A program made the translations under genes and the position numbers. A model generated the notes under the pieces. It was not told where the DNA came from. It worked only from the letters and a program-made list of their open reading frames with translations, and ran no database searches. Shown piece by piece: positions 49,681 to 61,289 of a stretch of 64,000 nucleotides of DNA. This DNA is from Lama guanicoe. Its lineage: Eukaryota. Each line of letters starts with the position of its first letter. Position 1 is the first letter of the stretch. The stretch lies in assembly GCA_013239625.1 (NCBI GenBank), contig MU056898.1:1083717-1147716 (forward strand), in the 5' to 3' direction.

Positions 49681-52600
49681 CAGCGTTGATCGAATTACCT
49701 TTTTTCATTGGTATTTTTTAATAATCCCATTTAAAAGTCAGTTTGAAAATTCCTTGAGCTAAGACCTGCAAACTCCGTTTTTAGGGAAGAGGGGTCTCAG
49801 CTGGGCAGGGTGAGGAGTTTGCCCAGGAGAGTAGCTCGGGGCCGACTCTGCCGGCGTCCAGCGCAGGCGTATCCGAACCCGTCCCCTCGTGGGGCAGCGG
49901 GTGTCCAGGAGTGCGTGTGCGCCTGCGTGTGGGTGCGCGTCTGTGCGAATGCACGTGTGAGGCATGCACGTCTTCATTCTGGAAAGCCCGTCGTTTTGTG
50001 CACTTTCCCCACAAGGCCGGGAGACGAGGCCCGGCTGGCCGCTGTGACAGCTGCAGGACGACAGTGCAGTGGGACCTGTGTTTACAGAGCGGGGCTGCGC
50101 TCGGACTGGAGGGTATTAAACGCCATCCGTCATCCGGCGCAGACGGTCAAGTGCGGGGTGTGTGGTTTGGAGTCAGCGTTCTTTTGGTTACCTTTGCCCA
50201 TAAAGATCCAAACCGCTCCCAGTAAAACGCCTGGAAGGAGGGAGGGAGGAGATTCTTCCAGACCCAAGCCACCCAGCACGATTCCGAAACTGGGTGTGCG
50301 GTGCTCCTCTTGGCTGAGGGCTCGCAGCGGCGCTTCGGGGGGCTGGGTGTGCGCTGCACTTGGGGCCGTGGTGCTGGGCCTGGCGGGACACGCCTTCAGG
50401 TCCATCTCCAGAGCTGCGGGGCTCACTCTTGCCGAAGGTCGTGTCCAGCTTTGTCTGGAGACGCTGGCCTGTCTGCTGGGCTCTAGAAGCGGTTGGCAGA
50501 GGGCTGCCCGCCCAGGAGGGCGGTGCGCGGTAGGAGGAGCCCAGAGTGTTCCCGGGGGGTCTGCGGGCGACCGTGGACTCTCTCCTGACGGCCCACTCCT
50601 CTGCCGTCTGGCCGCAGCTCGCATCTTCATCTGTGAAGTGGGCGTGTGTGAGGGTGGCGTCAGGGGGCACGTGTGACCATTGTCTGCGTGGTCGATGCTT
50701 GGCTTCCCGGGTGGGACTGGGCCAGGCCTGCCCTGTCTTCTCTGTGCTTATGGGATTTGGAGGGAGTGACCACGGGTGCCCAAGGGGTCCGGCCTGCCCT
50801 GGCCCAGGGCTGAATGTTGGCTCCTTAGTCACACGTGAGTGATGCCTGCTCCCCACCCCTGACCAAGACAGCCCCGCATTGCTTTGTGAGGCCGGGGTGC
50901 AGCGGGAGGCAGACGTCTCAGGCAGGGACTCGGTCGTCCTGCCGTGCCAGTGGCCACCTGCGGGGCCGCTGGCTCTGGAAGGCTGCGCGAGTCACTTCCC
51001 GCGCGCGGGATCTGGTTTCTGGGAAGTGTGAGAGAGAGGGCGGTTCCTGATCCCGCCCATCTGAAGTTTGTTTCGTTCTTCTAGACTGGAAGGTGCAAGT
51101 AAGCTTTCCCACGTTGAAGGTTTCTCTGCTCAGTGCCCTCAGGCGTCCAGCGGCCTGGCGGGCGTGTCTGGCGTGGCGGGCGCCTCTGAGGAGCAGCAGG
51201 GTCCTGGCTGGGTGTCCGGCGCGCCCGCCGTGCAGAGGCCCCGCCGGGCCGGGAGAGCTGGTCCACGCTGTTGGGTGCAGCGGAGCCCGAGCAGCCTGGG
51301 ACGCCCAGGGACACCGGTGCCAGGCTGTGGGCCGGGGAGTTGGCGAGGCTCACGGCGGAGGGGCGGGGAGCGGCTTGCGGGAAGCGGGTCCAGCACTGAG
51401 CCCATCCAGCGCCCGCAGCCCCTCCCTGTGATGCGGCTTGAGGGCTGCAGGGGGTGGGGTGCTGCACTGTCTCTTCCTGGGGGGTGGTTTGGCCCCCTTT
51501 GGGCCCCCAGAGAGTAGCGCGCACTTACTGCCTTGTGTCCGGCGCACACTGCCCGAGCTGGGAGTGCGAGGCCTGGGGACAGGCCTTGGGACTGACGAGC
51601 TCCTGGACCTGTGTCCAGTGTCACCTTACCGCCTCTCAGCCTCTGGCTGAGGCTTGAGCCCCCGGCACCCCCGGCCTCGGGGTCCTGCTGGACGTCGCTT
51701 TGCCCTCTGGCCTGCAGGTCCCGAGGTGACCGTCTCCTTCCTGAGCCTTCCTCGGGGCTCTCTAATAAGCTTTTATGAGGGGCCTCTTCCACAGCTCTGC
51801 TGATGTCCCTAAATAAGTCAGAGCCACTGGTTGGCCTTCGCTGGTGATTTTTGCTAACCTCCGGTTAAGGAAATATTGCTAGTTACAGAAGCAGGATTCC
51901 TTCCCGTGTGAGTCGGCCCCCGGGAGCCCCCCGGCGCCCCGAGAGGAGTGTCCTGGACTGGGGACGGGCTCACGTGTCGAGAGAGTGCCCTGCGGAGCGG
52001 GGCTGGGGGTCTGTCCTCCGTGGGGCTTGCCTGGGGCCTGAGGTGACCATGGGCTGCCTAGTGGCATCACCCGCCAGGACTTGGCCCTCTGCAGAGGCCG
52101 CCCGCAGCCTTGAGTCTTGGTCTGTGGATGGGCAGACAGGGCCTGTCCCTCACAGGTGCCAGGTCCAGGCGAGGGGACCAAGCTCCGTGCCTGGACAGCG
52201 GTGCAGAGGGTTTAGGTGGGGGTCGGCGACTTTCCCCGTGATCCCTGCTCCCGGCCGCTCTGCCCAGGAGACAGTGGTGTGTGTGGCGCCATCAGAGGCC
52301 TGGCTTCCAATTTTGACTTTCTGTCTCCCCCGATGAAGGGCGGCCCCGATGAGGTGCCTGGGTCCACCCCCTCCCGTCCTCACTGTCCTAACCAGTGTCA
52401 TGGAAGTAATGTCCGTGCCCTTTACACGGGGAGGGGTGTTTGCAAGCCTCCTTGCCTCCCCCCCCACCCCATGTCACTGGAGCAGACAACTTCATCCCGT
52501 TGGCCTCTTTTCATCATGACGGATCCCAGTGAGATTGAGCTGGAAGAGGAGGTGGCTTGGCTTGGGCCCCCCGCAAAGGAAGGACGGTTGTATCCTGAAA

Positions 52601-54529
52601 CGGAGGGAGACCCTGGCCCAGGTCGCCTGGCGAGTTGGTGTTATGCCTGGGCCCTGACCCCTAGGCCCCGCCCAGGCGGTCCTCACTGCCGAGCCGTCTT
52701 TGTGCGTCTTGTGACTAGTGTTCCAGTGTGTGCACCTGTCTCTTTTGGGATCTAGTGCTTGTGTCTTGAAAGTCGCATTTCCAGTGCCTGTGACATCTCC
52801 TCCTCCGTCCAGCATATGCCCAGGTGGCTTCTCTCGGGCATCTCAATCCCCACGAGGTCAAACCCGAAATCCTGTGGTGGTTGGAGCCAGGTGTGTGTTC
52901 AGATTCCGGGTCAGCCGGGTCCTGCCTCGTGCAACCCGGCCGCAGTCCTACCGGCCTCCTGCTCACTCATCATCGGAGGCGCAGATGGTAGCCCTCTTAG
53001 AACAGCACTGGCAGTCACAGCCCCCGCTTTGTGAGCACTGCCCGGGCGCTGTGCTCTCCGCCTTGCAGGCCTGGCCCCATGGGCCCTCCCTGTTCGGCCC
53101 ATCACGTCTGCCTGGCTGTGGACAGGCCCGCCTTCTGCCGCCACCAGAGGCCCGTGGGCCCGTGTACTCCCAGAGGGTGCGCTGGGAGCCTGGCTGTGGC
53201 CAAGGCCCTGCTCATCCCTGCTGCAGAGTGCCGTGCACGGCGTCTTCCGGGGGCCAGCCCTCCTCGGCCTTCTCCTTTCTGGCTCTGCTCTGTCTCTGTG
53301 TGGCCAGCGTGGGTGTCGGAGGGCCCGGAACCCCAGCTCCCTGGGGCCTGGCAGGAGGCTGGGGTCGGTGCCGACCCCTTACCTTCAGGGAGAAGGCGAG
53401 AGCTGCTGTGGGGACCCGCAGGGACTGAGGGGCACTCTCCCCAGGGTGGGATCTCTGTGCAGCCGTCCAGGCTTAGCTCAGCCGAGCACCCCCAAATTCC
53501 CAGCGGCAGCCATGGCATGGCCGTTGTGGGCCAGCTACCCAGACGTCACTTTCCCAAGCTGGCCCTTTCCAGCCACCCTCTGGGTGGGGGCTGGGCGGGA
53601 GGGCCTGGCAGGCTCCTTTCTGAGAGGGACCTGAGAGCCCTCGAGCAGGCGCTGCCTGGGATTTCAGAGGATTAGAGTTAATTAAAGAGCTCTTCCTCGC
53701 TGTCGTTTCCTGGTATCTGCCAGCTATTTACATGCTAATGCAGGCCCTGCCGCTGAGGGCGAGCGGTGTCCGCTGCAGGAGAGCAGAGGGGAATGAGATG
53801 GGCCCCGTTTTACATACTGTGTCCCCGTGGACAGTGAGGGTGCAGATTCAAACACGTCTGAAAGTCAGTGACATAGTCTTACTATTTTTTAAAAGTGTTT
53901 CCTGAAGTGTCTCTGTGGCTGACTTGAGTTTCTCCATTAAGGCCGCATCTTACACTGCATAATTAAATACATTATACTTGGTAATATCTTTGCATAAACA
54001 ATTTTATAGATAAAGAGAATGCAGAAAATGGGGCCGAACTTTCTAAGTACAGGGCTGTCTTCCTTGGTGACGGGAGCTTCCAGCCCAGGGGTCAGCTGGA
54101 GGCGTGTTCTCCGGAGGAGGGAAAGGCATAGGTGCACACGGGACAAGCGAAGGTGTGCCGGTGCGGTCCCGGGACGCAGCGCACCTGCGGGGCGCCAGGT
54201 GTGTGGGTGGTGTGTGCCCTTCTCTGTCTGTGGAGGAGGCGGCCTCCTGGGTGTGGAGGCCTCGCTGGGACAGAGCTGCAGGCACGTGGGAGGCTTCGGT
54301 GGCAGGTTGGCCTGGGGAGGGTGGGCGCCGGAATGACCTGCTTCAGCATCGCCGCTGCCCTCCGTGGGCCCCGTGGGTGTTGGTCGGCATCTTTGTGACT
54401 TAGAAGTGACACCCTTTCCTCTGCCCACGTTCTTGGGCCGAGAGAGTTAGTGACCCGAAGTTGATGCCTTCAAAGCCCTCCCGCCTCGGGTTTGATTCTG
54501 CGTATTCTGAGTGTCACCCGTGAGTCGGG

Positions 54530-54900
54530 AGCAGTGCCCTTCTAGGCTGGGTCTGCTCGGGTTCCATGTCTTCCTGAGCCAGCCCGGGCAGTGTGGTCTC
54601 TCCAGGAGCGTGTCCCCTAAACGGAGGTTACTTGGCTTCTGGCTCACACTTGTTGAGAATGCTTCTTTGACCCTTCTCATCCCTGTGAGGCCTGGGATAC
54701 CGTCTCACCTCCCATTCTTGGCCTCAGTCATCGGCATCTTTCCTCTTCTCCTCGCTCAGTCTAGCTAAGGCTTCATCGATTTTATTCATCTTTTCAAAGA
54801 AGCAACATTGGCTCAGCTGATTTTCTCTCTCGTTTTCTACTTTCTGTTGAACTTACTTCTGCTCTAGACTTTATTATTTCCTTTTCTGCTTGCTTTGGGT
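54530..54900 (-). mobile_element. Old L1 ORF2 fragment, antisense
   Basis: cagtctagctaaggcttcatcgattttattcatcttttcaaagaagc...ttctgctctagactttattatttccttttctgcttgctttgggt. The minus frame reads PKQAEKEIIKSRAEV, matching the ORF2 KEIIKIRAEI motif. Confidence 0.85.
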
Positions 54901-55630
54901 CAACTGATGTCTGAGAAAGAAGCAAAAGCAATTCAGGGGAAGAAAGATAGCCTTTCAGTAAATCGTGGTGGAGCAGTTGGACATTCATAAAACACAAAAG
55001 GGGACCTTTTATACAAAGATTGGCTCAAAATGAATCACAAACTTAAATGTAGAAATAAAAGTATAAAACTTCTATTCAAAAAGAAGATAAAATCGTCAGG
55101 ATTTAGGCAAAGAGTTCTTCGACTTGACACCAAAATTACGATCTGTGAAAGGAAAGATTAGTAAGTCAGACTTTGTGAAAACGAGAAACTTCTGCTCTGT
55201 GCAACATCCTGTTGAGAGAAGACAAGACGAGGAGCAGACTGAGCGGACACTTGCCAACCACGCCTCTGACAGGCCATCACCTGGGCTGTGAGAGCCGCCA
55301 GCGCTCGAGAGGACGCAGAGCACGGGTCAGAACGCGGGCAGGAGCCGCGTCCGGAGAGCGAGCGCAGATGCCATGGGCACGTGGGAAGGCGCTCAGCGTC
55401 ACTGGCCAGTAGGAAATGCAAATTAAAAACACACCGCTGTCAGAACGGCCAAAACTGAACATGGGGGCCACCCCCGTGCCGGTGAGGTTGCAGAGAGAGG
55501 GGTCCCCTGTTGGTCGCCCTGGACAGTGACTAACGGTCTCTCACAAACTGAGCTGCAAGGACCACGAGATCGAGCAGTCGCATGTTCACACAGAAACCTG
55601 TGCAGGAGTGTCCCTGGCAACTCCGTGTGT
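54901..55630 (+). mobile_element. Old L1 ORF2 3' fragment, sense
   Basis: caactgatgtctgagaaagaagcaaaagcaattcagggg corresponds to QLIFDKGAK. Also aacttaaatgtagaaataaaagtataaaacttct, ggatttaggcaaagagttctt and ggaaatgcaaattaaaaac. Confidence 0.88.
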
Positions 55631-56144
55631 CCCAGCGTGTCGCTGGGGAGAGCGCTGGGTCCTCCGGCGGGGAGTGCGGGGCACGCGGTACAGCCTCCGA
55701 GTGGAATCGGCTGGGCTCACCCGTGGCTGCCTCCCCCATCTCCTCCTCCTCTCCGTACGAGTCTGCGCTCCGCCCTCGGGATGCTGCCGGCCCGCGCAGT
55801 CGGCTGCCCTGGGGACTCTCCCTCCGCCAGCTCTGTGCCCATGTGGAGCGGCCGCGGTGTTGGCCATGAATCGGAGACGTCCTTAACCTTCAGGGCCTCA
55901 GGTTTGGCGTCTGCGGAGTGACGGACAAGGTTGGCTGGTGTGTCCTGAGGTGCCTCTTAACTCCTGGCTCCTTGAAAACGGTCAACACCTGTTTCTTTCC
56001 TTGATTGAAGAACTGTGCGTTGTGGGGAGCTTGGAAACCGCTGGGGAGGGTAACAGACATTTCTAAAGACCTTGATCCTCCCATCCAGAGACACTAAAAC
56101 CACGTTTGTCTGTTTCCTTCTAATCTCCCCCCCTCCTTTCCTCC

Positions 56145-56219
56145 TCATCCACCCACACATCCACCCACCCACTTCTCCTTCCACTCATCCACCCACCCAC
56201 CCACCTGCTCATCCACCCA
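56145..56219 (+). repeat. (CCAC/CCAT)n imperfect tetranucleotide repeat running into the gap
   Basis: catccacccacacatccacccaccc...ccacccacccacccacctgctcatccaccca. Confidence 0.9.
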
Positions 56220-56738
56220 NNNNNNNNNNNNNNNNNNNNNNNNNNNNNNNNNNNNNNNNNNNNNNNNNNNNNNNNNNNNNNNNNNNNNNNNNNNNNNNNN
56301 NNNNNNNNNNNNNNNNNNNNNNNNNNNNNNNNNNNNNNNNNNNNNNNNNNNNNNNNNNNNNNNNNNNNNNNNNNNNNNNNNNNNNNNNNNNNNNNNNNNN
56401 NNNNNNNNNNNNNNNNNNNNNNNNNNNNNNNNNNNNNNNNNNNNNNNNNNNNNNNNNNNNNNNNNNNNNNNNNNNNNNNNNNNNNNNNNNNNNNNNNNNN
56501 NNNNNNNNNNNNNNNNNNNNNNNNNNNNNNNNNNNNNNNNNNNNNNNNNNNNNNNNNNNNNNNNNNNNNNNNNNNNNNNNNNNNNNNNNNNNNNNNNNNN
56601 NNNNNNNNNNNNNNNNNNNNNNNNNNNNNNNNNNNNNNNNNNNNNNNNNNNNNNNNNNNNNNNNNNNNNNNNNNNNNNNNNNNNNNNNNNNNNNNNNNNN
56701 NNNNNNNNNNNNNNNNNNNNNNNNNNNNNNNNNNNNNN
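56220..56738. other. Assembly gap (519 N)
   Basis: Run of N, entered from a CCAC/CCAT repeat. Confidence 1.
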
Positions 56739-58670
56739 ATAATGGCTGACAAAAATGTGTGCCAGGTGCTGTGGGATCAGCCATGTTCCCCAGCTGTCCC
56801 ACGTACTGGGAGCAGCTGTGACAGGATGGACAGACCTGTTTGTGTCCTGTATGTCCATCACTTAACATTTATTACACACTCTTTGAAAATAAAGCCCTCA
56901 GGGGTTGTATGCTGTTTCTTTGTACAGATGTACCAAAACCAAACCCTTCCCTTCACTGGAACTTTAGATTGTCTCCGCTTTTCGTTATTTTTCCCCACGT
57001 GACCAGCATCCTTGGACTCAGCCCTTCCTCCTACTGTGTGCTCGCAGAGCCTTTGCAGAGACCCCTTGGCTTCCTCAAGGCTCAGTCGAGTGGGCACTAG
57101 AGCAGCTCTTCCACCGGGTCCTCTGTTCCTGCTGCCCATTCAGTGTAAGGCGGGGCTGGAGGGTGAGAGATGACTCCTGGCCACCTCCCCCAAGGTGCCC
57201 CCTTCCCCCATGGAGTCCCCTCCCCTGAAGTGTCCCCCCATCCGAGTGTGCCCCCCGTCCCCAAGTTGTCCTCCATCCCCCTGGGCTCGTGGGAGCCTCA
57301 GCATCCTTGGCACCTGCCATCACCTCGGAGATGAGAGCTGCCACGGGCCGGCCTTGCCTGGGAGGGAACGCTCCGTGGCCGGTGAGGCTGGCACTGACTG
57401 TCACATCTCGGCTCCAGGACAGGCCAGCAGCTGGGAGCGGCTGTCAGATCCTGAGCTGCGTTTCCTCATGGCGGCACCGGCTCCTCTTCCTGCTCTGGCC
57501 TGAGGACACTTGCAGTTGTCGAGTGTGACCCGGGGCCAGTGACGAGGGGACGCTGAATGTGGGCCTGGCAGCTCGAGTTCAGTTCTGCACGAGGCTGGCG
57601 TCCCAGAGGCCATCAGCTCCAGAGGTTGGAGCGCCTGGGCTGGGGCCCCCGTGGGGTCTCACCCCCAACCCCAATCCCGAGCGTAGCAGCGCAGCGTTGG
57701 CGGGGCTGCAGCTGCACTTGGCTCCAGATGAGTGAGGGCGGGGCCGGGAGGGGCGAGGGCAGCAGGCACAGCTGACCCCCGCCAAGGCGGGCGGCCCAGC
57801 AGAGGAGCCGCCCTGGTCTCTGGTCCCCGGGGGCACCTGCTGTGGGTAGAGCCGTCTAGTGAGTGTGGAGATCTGCTCAGCGAACGCGTTCTAACCTGTT
57901 CTCTTGCCCAGTGCTGTCGTGGGGGTTGAGAACGCAGAGAGGAGGAGGAAGCGTCCCACCCGCGCGCGGACTCTCCTGTGCCTGGGGGGGCGGATGCAGC
58001 ATCGTGGAGCTGGGCCCCGGGTGGGCCCCCACCCAGGCGGCAGCCCGCGACGGGCGTCCCGAGCCAGCTGCTCTTTCCGAGGGGGCGTTTCCGTCGGAAT
58101 CACCGGATACTTTTGTGTTTTGATGCAGGGTGGAATTCCAACTAGGTGAGCCTAATAGTAATAATCCTCAGTAGCTAAAATTAAAAAGAGATATTGTGGG
58201 TTTTACCTAAACGATCTTATTTGGCCTGAAAAATAACCCTGTGATGTGAAATTTCTTCCCTTTATGGTTCAGATAATGAGACTCAGGCTTGGTCACTCAC
58301 GTCCCACACAGGTGCCCGAGCTGGGGGCCGGGATCTGGGCAGTCTGATGTTGAGGGAAGGCTCCCATCTGATGACAGGGTGGGTGTGGAGGGCAGAACTG
58401 TGCCCGGGTGCTGCTGTGGGGTCAGTCCCTGTGCTGAGTCCTCGCCTGGAGCCCAGGGCCTGTCAGCAGGGCTGCACGCTGAGGACGATCTGGCAGAGGG
58501 GGCTGGTCCCTGAGTCTGCGGGCAGCTCCTGTGGGGGTGGGACGGCCAAACTCGGCCTGGTACCTGACCTCCACAGGGAGACGACCTTGCAAATTAGTGA
58601 GCCCAGTCTGCGTCCTGCATGTGCTCTGAGACGCGGAGCTTGGAGCATGGTGGAGACTCCAGGTCCCTGC

Positions 58671-58716
58671 CCCACGAGCTCTGTGCAGCCCCGCGAGCTC
58701 CGTGCAGCCCACGAGC
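58671..58716 (+). repeat. About 19-bp tandem duplication, roughly 2.5 copies
   Basis: cccacgagctctgtgcagc / cccgcgagctccgtgcag / cccacgagc. Confidence 0.75.
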
Positions 58717-58779
58717 AGTGGGCGCTCCAGTGCAGGGGCTTCGGTCCACGGAACGAGGCGTTCCAGTCTGTTTAGTGCG

Positions 58780-58900
58780 GTGAGTCAGAGTCCAAGCTCC
58801 AGCTTCCTGCAGACCTGGGTTGGGGTCTTAGCTGTCACTAGGGTCTGCTGACCTGGGGCAGGTGACGTAGCCCAGGAAACCAGCGTCCTCGTCTGAAGAC
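58780..58900 (+). mobile_element. MIR fragment
   Basis: cagacctgggttggggtcttagctgtcactag...tgacctggggcaggtgacgtagcc...cagcgtcctcgtctgaa. Confidence 0.55.
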
Positions 58901-61289
58901 TGACCGAACACGTCCCCAGTCAGTTTTCGGTTGGACAGGCATTTGCTGAGTGCTGTTGCTCCTAGGCCTTGCTGGGGCTGGGCGTTCGGCGTGTGGAGAG
59001 CACTGGGGGAGCCGCCTAGTGGAATCTGTGCCTCACACGCGGGATCTGTGGCCGCTGGTGCCCACCCTGGGGAAGAGAGCTGCTCGGACTTGAAAACGTG
59101 TGGGTTTGAACAGCGGTGCAGCAGTCCATGTCCTTCAGCCCACAGGGAGACGGAGGCATGGAGAGGGAAGGGGTGTGGGCCGCGCCCCAGTCTGCTCCTG
59201 TGTCGCGAGCTCTTTCCCCAGTCCTGTCCGATGTCTTGTGCCTCACGCAGAGCCAGGCCGCACCCACGGTCATGCCCTCAGCCTGTGGTCCCCACGATGG
59301 TGTGGTCTGATGCCACATGGACGTGGGCGGACACTGAGGGGGGACAGTGCCGCAGCCCTGGCCCCCCCTTGCTCGAGTGTCACCCTGGAACGCCAGCTCC
59401 CTCAGGTGGCGCCCACGCCGTCAGCACGCGAGGGTGAGGACCTGCCGCTGGGAAGCTCAGTGCCGGCTCCGGGTGGATGCCACGGACCGCGTTATGCAGT
59501 GAACGTAAATGAAATGGAGTTTGTAATAGAGCAGTGTGAAATCTAAGTACAATTGCTCTGGGAAAGCTTGCTTGATCCCCACTCCTCTACAATAGGTGTT
59601 GTAGAGCTTTCGTCAGGAGGCGGAGATCGCAGGAGCATGGCCGCTGGTGAGAAACACAGAGACGTGCAGCTGAGCCAGCTCAGCCCTGCCAGCCCGCTGG
59701 TGACTGTGGGCAGTGGGGGCGGCTGCGAGCGGGACCCTCCCCGGAGAGGCCTGTGGGGGGACGCTCGGGTCCTGGACAGGACAGGAGGTGCCTTTCGGGC
59801 CTGCCAGCTGTCTCTTACAGGCCTGCTCTGGCTCTGCCCAGAAGCAGAGCCCAGTGAACGACAGACTGGCTTTATGGGTCAGATAAGACTCTGATAGACG
59901 AAGAGGGTGAAGAGCAAGGAGCCTCAGAGGACACAGTGTTAGAAAGCCAGGGGAGGCGCGCGGTGCTACCCAGTGCTCAGCAGGCACGCTCAGCGAGCGG
60001 ACAGCGTGGGCAGCAGGGGACCCGGAGCCCAGGGACGTGCAGGGAGCAGAGGTCGTGGGCACCGACACGGCCCGGTGCTGCTTACTCCTGCCGACCTGCG
60101 AGCAGAGCTAGTGGGATGGGAAAACCAACACTTATCACAGCGAACCAGCCGTTGGGAAAGGCTGACAGCTTCTCGGTGTCCTCAGCCGGCCGTGGCCAGG
60201 GCGACGTCTGGTTTGTTTTGGAAGCATTTTCATCACACACAGGTGGACGGTTTCCGCCGCTTGTGAAGGGGTTATGCTGCCTTTTGTTGGAGGTCTGGCA
60301 GGACCCCGTCAGGGGGGTCTCGGTGGTGTGAGCAGGGGTCCGTGTGACCCAGGTGAGCCTTACCTCCTTAGGGAGGAAGCCCCGCAAGGAATGCATTTGG
60401 GAGCATTGCTCACACTCTACTCAGGGCACTCTGGGGAGTTAGTTAGCAGCCCGGCAGCCTGTTAAGACGACGCTCGGGTCCGCTCACTGCCCCCTGAACT
60501 CGCCTTTTCCCCGTTAACTGGGGTTGCTGAGTTTGGGCTCTGCAGACTTCGGTCCCAAGAGCCGTCTTCCCTCAGACCTGGGGTTGCGCTGCGTCGGCTG
60601 GGGGCCTCTCCTGCTGTGGTTGTGACGTGTGAGCTCTGCGCGGGCGGAGGGTGGGGTGGGGACCTGCCGAGGGGCCGCCTTCTCCCTGCCCTGCTGTTCC
60701 TGGACCCCCCCCCCAACCGCGGTGGCCTGGAGGGTCAGGATCGGGACAGTTGGCCCTGGTGTGTCCCTAGGAGAATTCCAGAGCAAACGCCGTCGGAGGC
60801 CTCAGGCCCAAGGAGCTGAATTTCCTCGGAGGCAGAACAGGGGACTCGGCAGGAAATGGCAGCCTTTCCCCAGCGCTCACGTCCGGCTCTGGGCCGTGGA
60901 CGTTCTTGTCTTCTGCTCCTCCTTCCTCTGCCCGCTGTGTCTGCATGATAATCCCAGCTCCCCAGTAACCTTCCCTCGTCCCCAAGCCTGTCACTCCTGC
61001 TCCGACCACGCAGTGCCACACCCAGGACTCCCCGGCACCGGGCCCCACGCCGTCCTCCCCTAAATGCCGCGGCTCCGTGGAATCTGTGCAGAGCGCCAGG
61101 GTCTCGTGCAGCCCCCCCGCCCCCAACGCTGCCCTGCCCGGCCGCCGACACCCTCGGCCTGCTGCGTGGGCCCTCGCTGCTCTCGGGCAGAGGGTGGGAA
61201 GCTGGTCTCAGGTCTGACGCGCTTTCTGGGAAGCTGTCCGCAGGTGAGACTGTGCCCCGCGTTGCTGTGCTGCTGAGACTGCAGAACGT

